From assembly GCA_038087875.1 (NCBI GenBank), contig CM075998.1, forward strand, positions 5,458,001 to 5,522,000: DNA of 64,000 nt, written 5' to 3'. Positions 38,141 through 50,070 of the stretch are shown here, piece after piece; within the stretch, counting starts at the first letter, position 1; each line of letters opens with the position of its first letter. Both the position numbers and the translations under genes were made by a program. The notes below the pieces were generated by a model. It ran no database searches, was not told the DNA's origin, and was given only the letters and a program-made list of their open reading frames with translations. Source of the stretch: Malacoraja senta (Eukaryota).

Positions 38141-39379
38141 TCAATGCTAAAACTGGCAGAAAAATGTGGTTAAAAGAATTCTAGTCTCCACCTCTGCTTA
38201 GATTAATAGAACCCCATCTGGGATGTCTCCAAAGATTACAGAAGGGTCTTGATTTAAGTTTTAGTTGTAAAGATACAGCATGGAAACAGGCCCATCGTCC
38301 CACCGAGTCCACGCTGACCATCGATCACCCATTCACACTAGTTCTATGTTATCCCACTTTCTCATCCACTCCCTATACTTTGGGGTAATTTTACAGAGGG
38401 GCCGATTAACCTACAAACCCGCACGTCTTTGGAATGTGGGAGGAAACTGGAGCATCATGAGGAAACCACCACGGTCACAGGGAGAACGTGCAAACTCCAC
38501 ACAGACAGCACCCGAGGTCAGGATCAAACCAGAGTCCCTTGTGTGATGTGAGGCAGCAACTCTACCAGCTGTGCCGCCCTGAGGGAGTCTGAGGGGTTTT
38601 AATAATGTTGAGGGAATTTAGGAGAACGTTTACAAGAACAGTAAAAATAACTGAAATATACTCAGTGGGACAGGCAGCATCTCTGGAGAGAAGGAATGGG
38701 TGACGTTTCAGGTCGAGACCCTTCTTCTCTCCAGAGATGCTGCCTGTCCCTCTGAGTTACTCCAGCATTTTGTGTCTACCTTTGATTTAAACCTGCATCT
38801 GCAGTTCTTTCCTACACACTAAAATATACTCAGCAGTTATCTGCCTTGGGGTACTGATTGGGGATGATCAGCCATTGAATGGCGGTGCTGGCTCGAAGGG
38901 CCGAATGGCCTACTCCTGCACCTATTGTCTATTGGTGGAGGGCCACAAAGAGTTCTGGGGATGGACCCCACTCCTCAAAAGCGGAAGACTTTGACAACAT
39001 CAGGAGGTCACTGTGGGGATGGGAGTGGGGGAAGCACATAGCTCACCAAGTATGAACAAGATGGCCTCTCGTTCACAAACACTGGGAACACTGTTGGACA
39101 TTTCCAACACCCTATCTGAACATTAAATATTATTTAACTCTGAAAAGGGGTACAAACTCTTCAGCAATTTTTCTTTCAACCTGCTGCTGCTGTGTGTGTG
39201 CAGGTATGATGATCAGGTCCCGTCAGTGAAGAGGTCTGTGGCCTCTCCTATCGCAACAGGGACAGGTGTCGATGTGAGAAGTTAACCTTGTGGCAGCAAA
39301 AGAGGATAAGAAGCCAATAATGCATTTGTTTCTTGGGTCAGCAGGTGGCTTGTCATAGCCAAGCCCTTGTCAGCTCAAG

Positions 39380-39792
39380 ACACTACATTTAGAAAAAATA
39401 AGGCTTGTTTTGGCTGATAAATCAGACCAATTTTCCAAAACATGGTCTCCTTTCATTGAATTCTTCAACAATAGAATGGTTGAACACAAATTTAAAACCA
39501 ATGCTTGGGTTGGGTGAGCGGGGGGGGGGGCGGAGGATAGTGGGACATATCTCCGTTTTTCTTTTCTCTTTTTTTTCTCTCACTTTTTGGCAGATCAGAG
39601 TTTTTTCTCTCTCTTTTTTGTATCTTCTTTTTCTTCATTCTTTCCTTTTTACTTTTTTTTCCCGATTCATTTATCAGTTTAGAAAATATTAAAAATGAAG
39701 CTGTACGAAAATTGTATAATTGTTATGCCGATTGCTTTCTTCTTGTACAATTGCTTCTGAGAAAATAAACATTTAAAAAAAAACAAAAAAAA
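39380..39792 (+). mobile_element. Short L1 3' end
   Basis: LHLEKIRLVLADKSDQFSKTWSPFIEF resembles the C-terminus of ORF 2683-3498. T-rich UTR, AATAAA and A-tail follow. Confidence 0.75.
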
Positions 39793-40213
39793 GCTATACG
39801 AGTGTTTCATCTGGAAATAGTGTACAAGTGGGTGGCACGGTGGTAGAGTTGCTGTTTCAGATCCTGACCACGGGCGCTGTCTGTACGGAGGTTGTACGTT
39901 CTCCCCGTGGGTTTTCTCCGAGATCTTCGGTTTCCTCCCACACTCCAAAGGCGTGGTGGTTTGTAGGTTAATTGGCTTGGTGTCAGTGTAAATTGTTCCC
40001 AGTGTGTGTATAACCATATAACCATATAACCATAACAGCACGGAAACAGGCCATCTCGGCCCTTCAAGTCCGTGCCGAACATTAAAAAAAAAAAAAATAA
40101 TAATTTTTTTTTTTTAATTAAAAATAAATACTTCCCCCTAGTCCCATCTACCTGCACTCAGACCATAACCCTCCATTCCTTTCCCGTCCATATACCCATC
40201 CAATCTATTTTTA

Positions 40214-40413
40214 NNNNNNNNNNNNNNNNNNNNNNNNNNNNNNNNNNNNNNNNNNNNNNNNNNNNNNNNNNNNNNNNNNNNNNNNNNNNNNNNNNNNNNN
40301 NNNNNNNNNNNNNNNNNNNNNNNNNNNNNNNNNNNNNNNNNNNNNNNNNNNNNNNNNNNNNNNNNNNNNNNNNNNNNNNNNNNNNNNNNNNNNNNNNNNN
40401 NNNNNNNNNNNNN
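40214..40413. other. Assembly gap (200 N)
   Basis: Run of exactly 200 N, which is a placeholder length. Confidence 0.99.
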
Positions 40414-40545
40414 AGTCCCCTCCAACCAAGTCATCCCACCACTCGTCTCTGGGGAACAAATGACAAATTTTCCTGCACTGTACCCATGTGCCCTGAGCCC
40501 ATTAATACGCAGAATCAATCAATCTTTGTTTTTAGTCAACGCTAA

Positions 40546-41239
40546 AGGCCCTGTCCCACTTTCGTGTCCTTGGCACGCAAATTACGCGACCTCGTCGTCG
40601 CGTTGAGGCGTACGGGCATCGTGTGGCCGCGCGGGGCCGGTCCCACTGAGAAGCGCGGAGGGGTATGGAGTTGTGAGCGACATCGTGCGGCGCTCCAGGA
40701 TTTTGTAGCGAACGAAATCTTTGCGCGCCAGCGGCCTGTCGCGAACTGACGGCCAAAGTGTGACAGGCCCAAGACCCTGGCGCTACGCAACGTCTCACCT
40801 TCAACAGCAGCAGAAGCAGGCAAACGATCGCCGAGCTCGGCCTGGGGCTCACGGCCGTTGCGGTTCGGATCCGCCCCCACTTCTACTCCCAGAGCGGGGC
40901 CAAGAAAATTGAAGATAGACACAAAATGCAGGAGTAACTCTTCGGGACCGGCAGCATCTCTGGAGAGAAGCAATGGGTGACGTTTTGGGTCACGACCCTT
41001 CTTTCAGACTGAAGAAGAGTCTCGACACGAAACATCACCCATTCCTTCTCTCCAGAGATGCTGCCGGTCCCGCTGAGTTACTCCAGCATTTTGTGTCCAT
41101 CATCAAATGACGTCACGCGCTCCAGACGGCTGTGCGGGCGCATGAAGTCGCACGCAACTCTCGCGGGACCGTCGCGGCTCAACGGGACGACGAGGTCGCG
41201 TAATTAGCATGCCAAGGACACATAAGTGGGACAGGGGCT
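40546..41239. mobile_element. PIF/Harbinger MITE with about 60-bp TIRs
   Basis: TAA|AGGCCCTGTCCCACTTTCGTGTCCTTGGCA ... TGCCAAGGACACATAAGTGGGACAGGGGCT. Contains a Penelope-end palindrome at about 40910-41100. Confidence 0.8.
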
Positions 41240-42513
41240 TATGGTTCCGCTGTAGGTCATCCATCTGAGGTTGTGTTCGCCAGAGGTGCCGTATTATATA
41301 CCCCAACACCTTTCAGTTCTCATTGCTCTTTATGAAAATAAACACAGAGGAAACATCAAACAGTGCAGCACAGGAGCAGGCCATTCAGCCCACAAGGTCT
41401 GTTCTGAAATGCCTGGATTGAATGGATGTGGAGAGCATGTTTGCACTAGTGGGTTACTAGTTCAGCCTCAAGTTAGTGGGGTTAGGAGGGAGAGATAGAT
41501 CAACCGTGATTGAATGGCGCGGTAGACTTGATGGGCCGAGTGGCCTAATTCTACACCTATCACTTGTGATCTAGTGGGAGAGTCTAGGACCAGGGGCTAT
41601 GGTCTCAGAATAAAAGGACGTGCCTTTAGAAAGGAGATGAGGAGGAATTTCTTCAGTCAGAGGGTGGTGAATCTGTGGAATTCATTGCCACAGTTGGCTG
41701 TGGAGGCAAGTCAATGGGTATTTTTAAGGCATAGATTGACAGGTTCTTGATTAGTAAGGATGCCATGGGTTATGGGCAGAAGGCAGGAGACCGGGATGAG
41801 AGGGAGAGATAGATCAGCCATGATTGAATGGCGGAGTAAACTTGATGGGCTGAATGGCCTAATTCTGCTCCTGTGACCTATGAACTTATGAATCTGATGC
41901 CTACTTAAACTAATCTCCTCTACCTACATGTGATGCATATCCCTCCATCCCCTGCATATCCACGTGCCTACTAAAAGCCTCATGGGCCTCCACCATTACC
42001 CTGGTAGCACACTTCAGGCACCGACCGGCCTCTGTGTGAAAATAACTTGCTCTGCACTTCTCCCTTGAACGTCGCTCCTCTCTAGCTCTGTCCCTTCGTA
42101 TTCGACATCTCCACCCTGGGAGAAATGTTCCAACTGTCTTCCCTATCTATGCCTCTCATCTATGCCTCTCATCATATCAGGTCTCCCCCCCCTCAGCCTC
42201 CCACACTGCAGAGAAAGCCAGCCAAGTTTGTCCAACTGCTCCTTAAAGCTAATACCCTCCAATCCAAGCAGCATCCTGGTAAACCTCTTCTGCACGCTCT
42301 CTAAAGCCTCCACAGCCTTCCTGCAATGGGCCAATCAGAACATCACATAATATACCAATGTGTCCTAACCAAAGTCCTATAAAGCTGCTGCAAAGTTTTC
42401 CGGACATTTTCAGTGACAAGGGGACGCAGGGATATTCAGTGACCCATGCCCGAACCTATAAGTGTGACTCGAGCAACAAAATAACGAGCTTCGCATGGGA
42501 AGAAATGTCTTAC

Positions 42514-42637
42514 CAGCTCCTGACCGTTCCGCGATGGACAGCGGTGATGGGTTGAGTGCCCAGTGGAGCTGCCGCTGAAACTCATCTCGGTCATCAGGAT
42601 GGATCAGTTCGAAGACAGGCTGGTGCATGACAGCAGT
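42514..42637 (-). CDS. ahr: AHR exon 5 (PAS-A)
   Basis: 124 bp, ttgtAG|ACT ... G|GTAAGA. Encodes [41 protein letters not shown]. Confidence 0.97.
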
Positions 42638-43168
42638 CTACAAGAGGGGAAAGACAACAAATAAAAGTCACAGATATCGGCTGTAGTATTTCTTCTTTAA
42701 TGGGCCTGGTGTATTCTGCTGCGGTTTCCTTTGCCTCCCCTTCGTTGTGTGAGGAGAGAGAAGAATGAAGTCAATATGGGCGGTCACAGTGGCGCAGCGG
42801 TAGAGTTGCTGCCTTAAGACCCGAAACGTCACCCATTCCTTCTCTCCAGAGATGCTGCCTGTCCCTCAGTCTGAAGGAGGGTCTCGACCCGAAACGTCAC
42901 CCATTCCTTCTCTCCAGAGATGCTGCCTGTCCTGCTGAGTTACTCCGGCATCTTGTGTCTATCTGCAGCTGTCACTGTCGGCTGGACAACAATGAGGCGA
43001 ATGTAACCTCTCCACCACAGCTTTACTTGTCCAATTTTCAACCTGTTCGTCGGGCAATGACTTCCACCTGTTTATCTTCCAGCCCCCCACTCCCGGCCAA
43101 TGTGGTCTGACTCCACATCATTGTACCTGTCGCTTGCCCACCCTGGTGTTGCGAGCTCTGCTACTGAC

Positions 43169-43258
43169 CTGGTGGAAGCCCAGGTAGTCCTGCACAGTGG
43201 GAGAAGTGTAGAAGATGTCACCTTCTGCTGTCACCACCAACACAAATCCATTCAGAGC
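43169..43258 (-). CDS. ahr: AHR exon 4 (PAS-A)
   Basis: 90 bp with AG/GT boundaries. Encodes [30 protein letters not shown], a diagnostic AHR PAS-A segment. Confidence 0.97.
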
Positions 43259-43321
43259 CTGGCAAATGAAAAGACATTGAACACTTTAGATCAACAATTC
43301 TCTCAGATATATTCTCTTGGT

Positions 43322-44046
43322 TTTCTCAGTAGGAGAGCTCACCCCACTCACCATCAACAACACCACAGTCACATCTGTGGAGTATTTTAAGTTCCTGGGA
43401 ACCATCATCTCCAAGGACCTTAACTGGGAGGCCACCATCGACTCCACAGTCAAAAAGGCCCAACAGAGGATGTACTTCCTGCGGCAGCTGAGGAAACACA
43501 ATCTGCCACAGGCAATGATGGTCCAATTCTATACGGCCATCGTAGAATCTGTCCTCACCTTCTCCATCATGGTCTGGTTTGACTCAGCCACCAAGTATGA
43601 CATCCGGAGGCTGCAGCGAATCGTCCGATCAGCAGAGAAGGTTATTGGCTGCAACCTTCCCTCCATTGACGAACTGTACACTGCAAGGGCCAGGAAGCGA
43701 GCGGGCAAGATCATCTCTGACCCCTCTCACCCTGGCTATAAACTCTTTGAATCACTTCCCTCTGGAAGGCGACTCCGGACTGTCAAAGCTGCCACAGCCA
43801 GACATAAAAACAGCATTTTTCCACGAGTAGTGGCTTACTCAATAACCAAAAATCTGTAGCCTCCCTTTGATCTGGTATTTTATTTAATTCACATGTTTAA
43901 TCAATAATGTTTTATTATTAATGTTTAATGTTTTATGTGTCATTCCTAACTGTCACTGTATGTCATGTTGTCTTGCGGGCGGAGCACCAAGGCAAATTCC
44001 TTGTATGTGAATACTTGGCCAATAAACTTATTCATTCATTCATTCA
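43322..44046 (+). mobile_element. Rex-Babar LINE 3' fragment
   Basis: VEYFKFLGTIISKDLNW...KKAQQRMYFLRQL...LPSGRR and a (TTCA)n tail. Nearly identical to 4178-4692. Confidence 0.9.
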
Positions 44047-44623
44047 ATTCTACTTGAGTCTTTCCACCTAAAGTTTAAACTCTGCTTCTCTTTCCACAGA
44101 TATTGCCTGACCTACTGTTTCCAGCATTTTCTGTTTACTCACAAAAGGTAATTCTTACCCAGAAAAGATATCCCAGCAAAATTCCCAAAATGCAAATGCA
44201 ATTGATTTATTTTTAATATTGTTAGTTATGGAGTCATAGAGATATACAGTGCAGAAATTGCCCTTCCGCCCCATCCTAACTGTGATGCTCATCCAAATTA
44301 ATCCTATTTGCCTGGATCCTTCGAATTGTTCCTATCCAAGTACCAAATGTTTTTTTAAATGTTGTAATTGTATCTGCCCCAACCACCTCCTCCATATAAT
44401 CACTGCCAACTATGAGAAGAATGTGCCCATCAGATCCCCTTTAAATTTCCCCCTCTCACCTTAACCAATGCCCTTTAGTTTTATACTCGCTGCCCTGAAG
44501 GAAAGACTGAATATCTATCCCATCTAGCCTTTCATAATCTTGTAACACTCTTTTTAATGCTACCCTGTTCTTCCTGTAGTGTGACAACCAGAATTGTACA
44601 CAATACTCCAAACGCAGCCTAAC

Positions 44624-45417
44624 GCACCTCCAACGTGACCCCACCACTCGCCACATCTTCCCATCTCCCCCCATGTCTGCCTTCCACAAAGACCGCTCCC
44701 TCCGTAACTCCCTTGTCAATTCTTCCCTTCCCTCCCATACCACCCCCTCCCCTGGTACTTTCCCTTGCAACCGCAAGAGATGCAACACTTGTCCCTTCAC
44801 CTCCCCCCTCTATTCCATTCAAGGACCCAAGCAGTCGTTCCAGGTGCGACAGAGGTTCACCTGCATCTCCTCCAACCTCATCTATTGCATCCACTGCTCT
44901 AGGTGTCAGCTGATCAACATCGGTGAGACCAAGCGGAGGCTTGGCGATCGTTTCGCCGAACACCTCCGGTCAGTCCGCAATAACCAACCTGAACTCCCGG
45001 TGGCTCAGCACTTCAACTCCCCCTCCCATTCCGTATCTGACCTCTCTGTCCTGGGTCTCCTCCATGGCCACAGCGAGCAACACCGTAAATTGGAGGAAAT
45101 GCACCTCATATTCCGCTTGGGCAGTCTACATCCTGGGAACTTGAACATTGAATTCTCCCAATTCTGCTAGCCCTTGCTGTCCCCTCCCCTTCATCAGCCA
45201 TCTGGTTGTCTCCTCCCCTCCCCCAGCCCTCGGGCTCCACCTCCGCCTTTTTCCTTTTTTCCTTTCTTCTCCCCACCCCCTATCAGTCTGAAGAAGGGTT
45301 TCGGCCCGAAACGTTGCCTATTTCCTTCGCTCCATAGATGCTGCTGCACCCGCTGAGTTTCTCCAGCATTTTTGTGTACCTTCGATTTTCCAGCATCTGC
45401 AGTTCCTTCTTTCACAC
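44624..45417 (+). mobile_element. 5'-truncated Penelope-like element (GIY-YIG endonuclease and terminal repeat)
   Basis: NLIYCIHCSRCQLINIGETKRRLGDRFAEH...HFN. 11-bp TSD CGCAGCCTAAC (44613-44623, 45418-45428). Confidence 0.9.
45288..45316 (+). ncRNA. Minimal hammerhead-ribozyme-like motif in a Penelope terminal repeat
   Basis: CTGAAGA-A-GGG-TTTCGG-CCC-GAAA-CGTT: core boxes, stem II and a palindromic ACGT stem III. Identical copy at 54629-54657. Confidence 0.5.
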
Positions 45418-46411
45418 CGCAGCCTAACCAATGTTTTGTCCGGTTGCAACATCTCAACTCTTATATTCCATGAAAGCAAGTATGCCATATGCCTTCTTCA
45501 CTACCTCATCAATCTGGGTTGCCATTTGGATGTCCTGCGATAAAATATTGGCCAGAACATCAGGGGGGAATTCCATTGCTCTGGCAATCACACAGCCCAG
45601 AAACAGGCCCTTCGGCCCACTGTGTCCATGCTGACCAGCAAGTACCCATTTACATGAACCCATTGACCAGCACTTGGTTCACTGCCTTCTTTGGCGTGGT
45701 GATTCAATGATGCATTAGTGCCACGTGCGCACCGCACAGGGAAATTCTTTTGATCACACATGCACGAGTCGCCATATTTTGCCGTCATTTACAAAAAGTC
45801 CAAAGTCCAGTCCACGCGGTCAAGTGCTCTTGTTTGAAATAATGCTCCGGGATTTTTATGCTCATCTGAGCGCGTAGACAGGAGTCTTGGTTAACACACA
45901 AGACTCAAAGGGCAAAGTATAAAGGAGTTGTGCGGGACAAGTTACTTTACACAGAGTGGTCGGGTGCCTGGAACGTGCTGCCTGGGGTGGTGGTGGTGGA
46001 GGCAGATACAACAGTGGTGTTTAAGAGACTTTTAAATGGGCACGCCGATATGCAAGGGATGAAGGGATATGGATCACGTGCAGGCAGATAAGAGTTGGTC
46101 TTGGCATCATGTCCAGCATAGACATAGTGGGCTGAAGGGTCGGTTCCTGTGCTGTACTGTTCTGTGTTCTATATCATCTGAAGGACAGCACCACAGACAG
46201 TGCAGCACTCCCTCAGCACTGCTCGGGAGGGACACATTCTGCCCTAGATTCCGAGACCCAGTCTTTGACGCAGGAATTGTACCCAAGGTTGATTTTCCCA
46301 CCTCACATTTGCTCCTTCACCTTCCCATCAGCCACCCTGTGAGCTGATGTACCCGAATAGAAACCTGAAAAGGGGAAAAAAAGTCACCAAGTGGCCTGGA
46401 ACTTTATTTAC

Positions 46412-46530
46412 CTGCAGTATGAGATCGCCTTCTGACAGCACAGAGTTGCCGAGGTTTGGGAACAGTCTGCCCATTCCATGGATGCCGGGCTGTCCTGTGG
46501 GCGGACTCTCCTTCCTTTGCCCCAAAGTAA
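46412..46530 (-). CDS. ahr: AHR-family exon equivalent to human exon 3 (bHLH-PAS-A linker)
   Basis: Acceptor ttgcAG|TT, donor CAG|GTAAAT. Encodes (V)TLGQRKESPPTGQPGIHGMGRLFPNLGNSVLSEGDLILQ. The end matches AHR EGxxxLQ and the phase-1 start matches AHR exon 3. Confidence 0.9.
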
Positions 46531-48399
46531 CTGCAAGACAAGGACAAGAACAAGTTTGAAAGCCGACCACTTTTCTTCACATGCGGGAGAAAGGGGCAGA
46601 TCCTTATTTTGCACAGGTCTCAATCCAAGTGTCATCTTCCAAGCAGGTACCATGCAAGGTGGTAAGTAAATTCAGAGGTTCTCATGCCGGCAGTGGGAAT
46701 GAAAAAAGGCAGTGGTAGAAGAGAACAGGGACCTTTCGATGCTTCAGGGATGGATGAGGTTACTGAGATGGGAAAGTGGCAAGAACAGAATCAGGCCCCA
46801 TTGCAATGTCCCCACAACCAGAGGTAAAGGGCTGCAGTTTAAACAAGGTACTATTGTGCACAACTCGACACACCCTCGTGGAGCAGTCACCTCACATCGC
46901 CAGAGATCACGGTTCAATCCTGACCTTGAGTACTGCCTGGGTGGAGTTTGCACATTCTCCTTGTGACTGAATGGGTTTCCCCTGGGGTGCTCCGGTTTCC
47001 TCCCACATCTCAAAGACCCGCGAGTTGGTTGATTAATTATCCGGCTGTAAATTGTTTCGATGAGGAGCGGAAGTGAGAGCGTCGATTGGAATGTCGGGAG
47101 AATGGGATTGATGTAGGATAAGGGTAAATGGATGGTTGATGGTTAGCATGGACTCAAGGGATTTGTATCCCTCCATTACTCTATTACACCTGAAGAGACT
47201 TGAGAATCTCTGTATCTTCTCAGGGGGTTCTTTCTCCATTTTTTGCAGTCAGGGGACGGGAATCTCCAAAGTCAGTGAGTACGTAACTTTTTTTTGGAGG
47301 AGGCTTTGAGAAAGTCCTTGAACGTTTTCCTGGGTCCTCTCAGAAATGCTCTTCTGCAACAGAACTGAGATAAGAATGCTTGTATCAAGGTACTGGTGAG
47401 GATGGCGTGGTGGCCTCATTGGAACTGGTTGACCATGACAATGGGCCTCAATGCTGGGGATGGTGGCTTGGGAGAGGATGCTGACATTGATTTCTTCATC
47501 CTGCCAATGGTTTTGAAGGATTGGTGGTCAGGTATTGATAGCAGGGATATAACGGTCATAGATAGACGCACAGTGCTGGGGCAACTCAGCGGGCCAGGCA
47601 GCATCTCTGGAGAAAAAGATTGGGTGATGTTTCAGGTCGGAAGAAGTGACCCGACCCGAAACGTCACCCATCCTTTTTCTCCAGAGATGCTGCCTGGCCT
47701 GCCGAGTTACTCCAGCACTCTGTGTCTTTCTTTGATATAAACCAGCACCTGCAGTTTTTTGTTTCGACTGGTATAATTGTCATGTTGACTAAGTGAAGCT
47801 TATCTACATGATGGATCAAACCTAACAAAAGGCCATTGATCTGAAACAACTTTAGACTTTAGACTTAGATACACCTTGGAAACAGGCCCTTCGGCCCATC
47901 GAGTCTTCATCGACCAGCGACCCCCGTACACTAGCACTATCCTACACACCAGGGGCAATTTACAATTATCCCAAAGCCAATTAACCTACAAACCTGTACC
48001 ACTTTGGAATGTGGGAGGAAACCGGAGCACCCGATGAGTGTTTTGCAGTTTGGGTTTCCATTTTGGATTTCCAGAATCTACAGTAATTTGCTTCTGGATA
48101 AAAATCAAAAGTTGCTCCAGGCCTCTATTAAGAGGGCCATGTTTAGAAAAAAATGTTCATAGGCTTGCTTCAAGAGCGGGGAAGAACATTACCCAATTTC
48201 ACCGTCATTAATTAGTGTGCTAAAGACTGTCATATTTTAAGGTAACAGATTTGGTCAAGAATACGTTTACCTCTTTCATTCATGCAAAGGATACTCGTTA
48301 ACAGTTGGTATAAAAAATACACAGATGATAGATTTACTTCAATGGTTCAAGTTACTTCCCATTCAATCTCACGGTACAGAATTTCAATGAACCATGAAT

Positions 48400-49547
48400 T
48401 TCGACAAGGTTCCGCATGGTAGGCTGCTCTTGAAGGTTAGATCGCATGGGATCCAAGGAGAGATAGCTGAATGGATAGACAAATTGGCTCCATGGAAGGA
48501 AGCAGAGGGTGATGGTGGAAGGTTGCTTCTCAGACTGGAGGCCCGTGATTAGTGGTGTGCCTCAGGGTTCGGTGCTGGGCCCGTTACTGTTGGTCATCTA
48601 CATCAATGATTTGGATGAGAACATACAGGGCAAGATTAGCAAGTTTGCAGATGATACAAAAGTGAGTGGTTTTGCAGATAGTGAAGATGGTTGTGAACGA
48701 TTGCAGCAGGATCTAGATCGATTGGCCAGGTGGGCGGAGGAATGGTTGATGGAATTTAATACAGAGAAGTGTGAGATGTTGCATTTTGGGACGTCGAAAA
48801 AGGGCAGGACCTACACAGTAAATGGTAGGCCTCTGGGGATTGTTGTAGAGCAGAGGGATCTAGGAGAACAGGTGCATGGTTCCTTGAAGGTCGAGTCGCA
48901 GGTAGATAAGGTGGTCAAAAAAGCTTTTGGCACTTTGGGCTTCATCAGTCAGAGTATTGAGTATAGAAGTTGGGAGGTCATGTTGCACTTGTATAAGACG
49001 TTGGTGAGACCACATTTAGAATATTGTGTTCAGTTCTGGGCACCATGTTATAGGAAAGATATTGTCAAGCTTGAAAGGGTTCAGAAAAGATTTACGAGGA
49101 TGTTGTCAGGACCAGAGAGAGTCTGAGCTACAGGGAGAGGTTGAGTAGGCTGGGACTCTATTCCTTGGAGCGCAGGAGGATGAGGGGAGATCTAATATGT
49201 GTATAAGATCATGAAAGGAATAGATCGGGTAGATGCACAGAGTCTCGTGCCCAAAGTAGGGTAATCGAGGACCACAGGACATGGGTTCAAGGTGAAGGGG
49301 AAAAGATTTAATAGGAATCTGAGGGGTAACTTTTTCACACAAAGGTTGGTGGGTGTATGGAAGTAGTTGAGGCTGGGACTATCACAACATTTCAGAAACA
49401 GTTAGACAGGTACATGGATAGGACAGGTTTGGAGCGATATGGGCCAAGCGCAGGCAAGTGGGACTAGTGTAGCTGGGACATGTTGGCCTGTGTGGGCAAG
49501 TTGGGCCGAAGGGCCTGTTTCCACACTGTAACACTCTATGACTCTAT
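48400..49547 (+). mobile_element. CR1 LINE (RT and C-terminal part)
   Basis: SGVPQGSVLGP, KFADDTK, LVRPHLEYCVQFW. Confidence 0.93.
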
Positions 49548-49604
49548 AATTTAAAATGCTTACAAATTCTGGCATTGAGAAAGTTGTCAGGAGAATACTC
49601 TAAA

Positions 49605-50070
49605 ATGTTGTTAAGCTGGAAAAGGTGCACAGATTTATGAGGATGTTGCCAGGACTAGAGGGTGTGAGCGACAGGGAGAGGTTGAGTAGGCTGGGACTCT
49701 ATTCCATGGAGCGCAGGAGGATGAGGGGTGATCTTATAGAGGTGTATAAAATCATGAGAGGAGTAGATAGGGTAAATGCACCGAGTCTTGTACCCAGAGT
49801 AGGGGAATCAAGAATCAGAGGACATAGGTTTGTGAAGGGGGAAAAAATGTAATAGGAACCTGAGGGGATTTTTTTTTTCACACAAAGGGTGGTGGGTGTG
49901 TGGAACGAGCCGCCAGAGGAGGTAGATGAAGCTGGGACTATCACAATGTTTCGACAGGTACATGGGTAGAACAGATTTGGAGGAATATGGGCCAAACGCA
50001 GGCAGATGGGGCATTTTGGTCGGCGTGGGCAAGTTGGGCCTAAGGGCCTGTTTCCTCATTGTATGACACT
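49605..50070 (+). mobile_element. CR1 LINE 3' fragment
   Basis: RLGLYSMERRRMRGDLIEVYKIMRG. Confidence 0.85.

Noticed and set aside
40072..40545. ORFs spanning the N run
   Set aside because: Artefacts of translating through the assembly gap.
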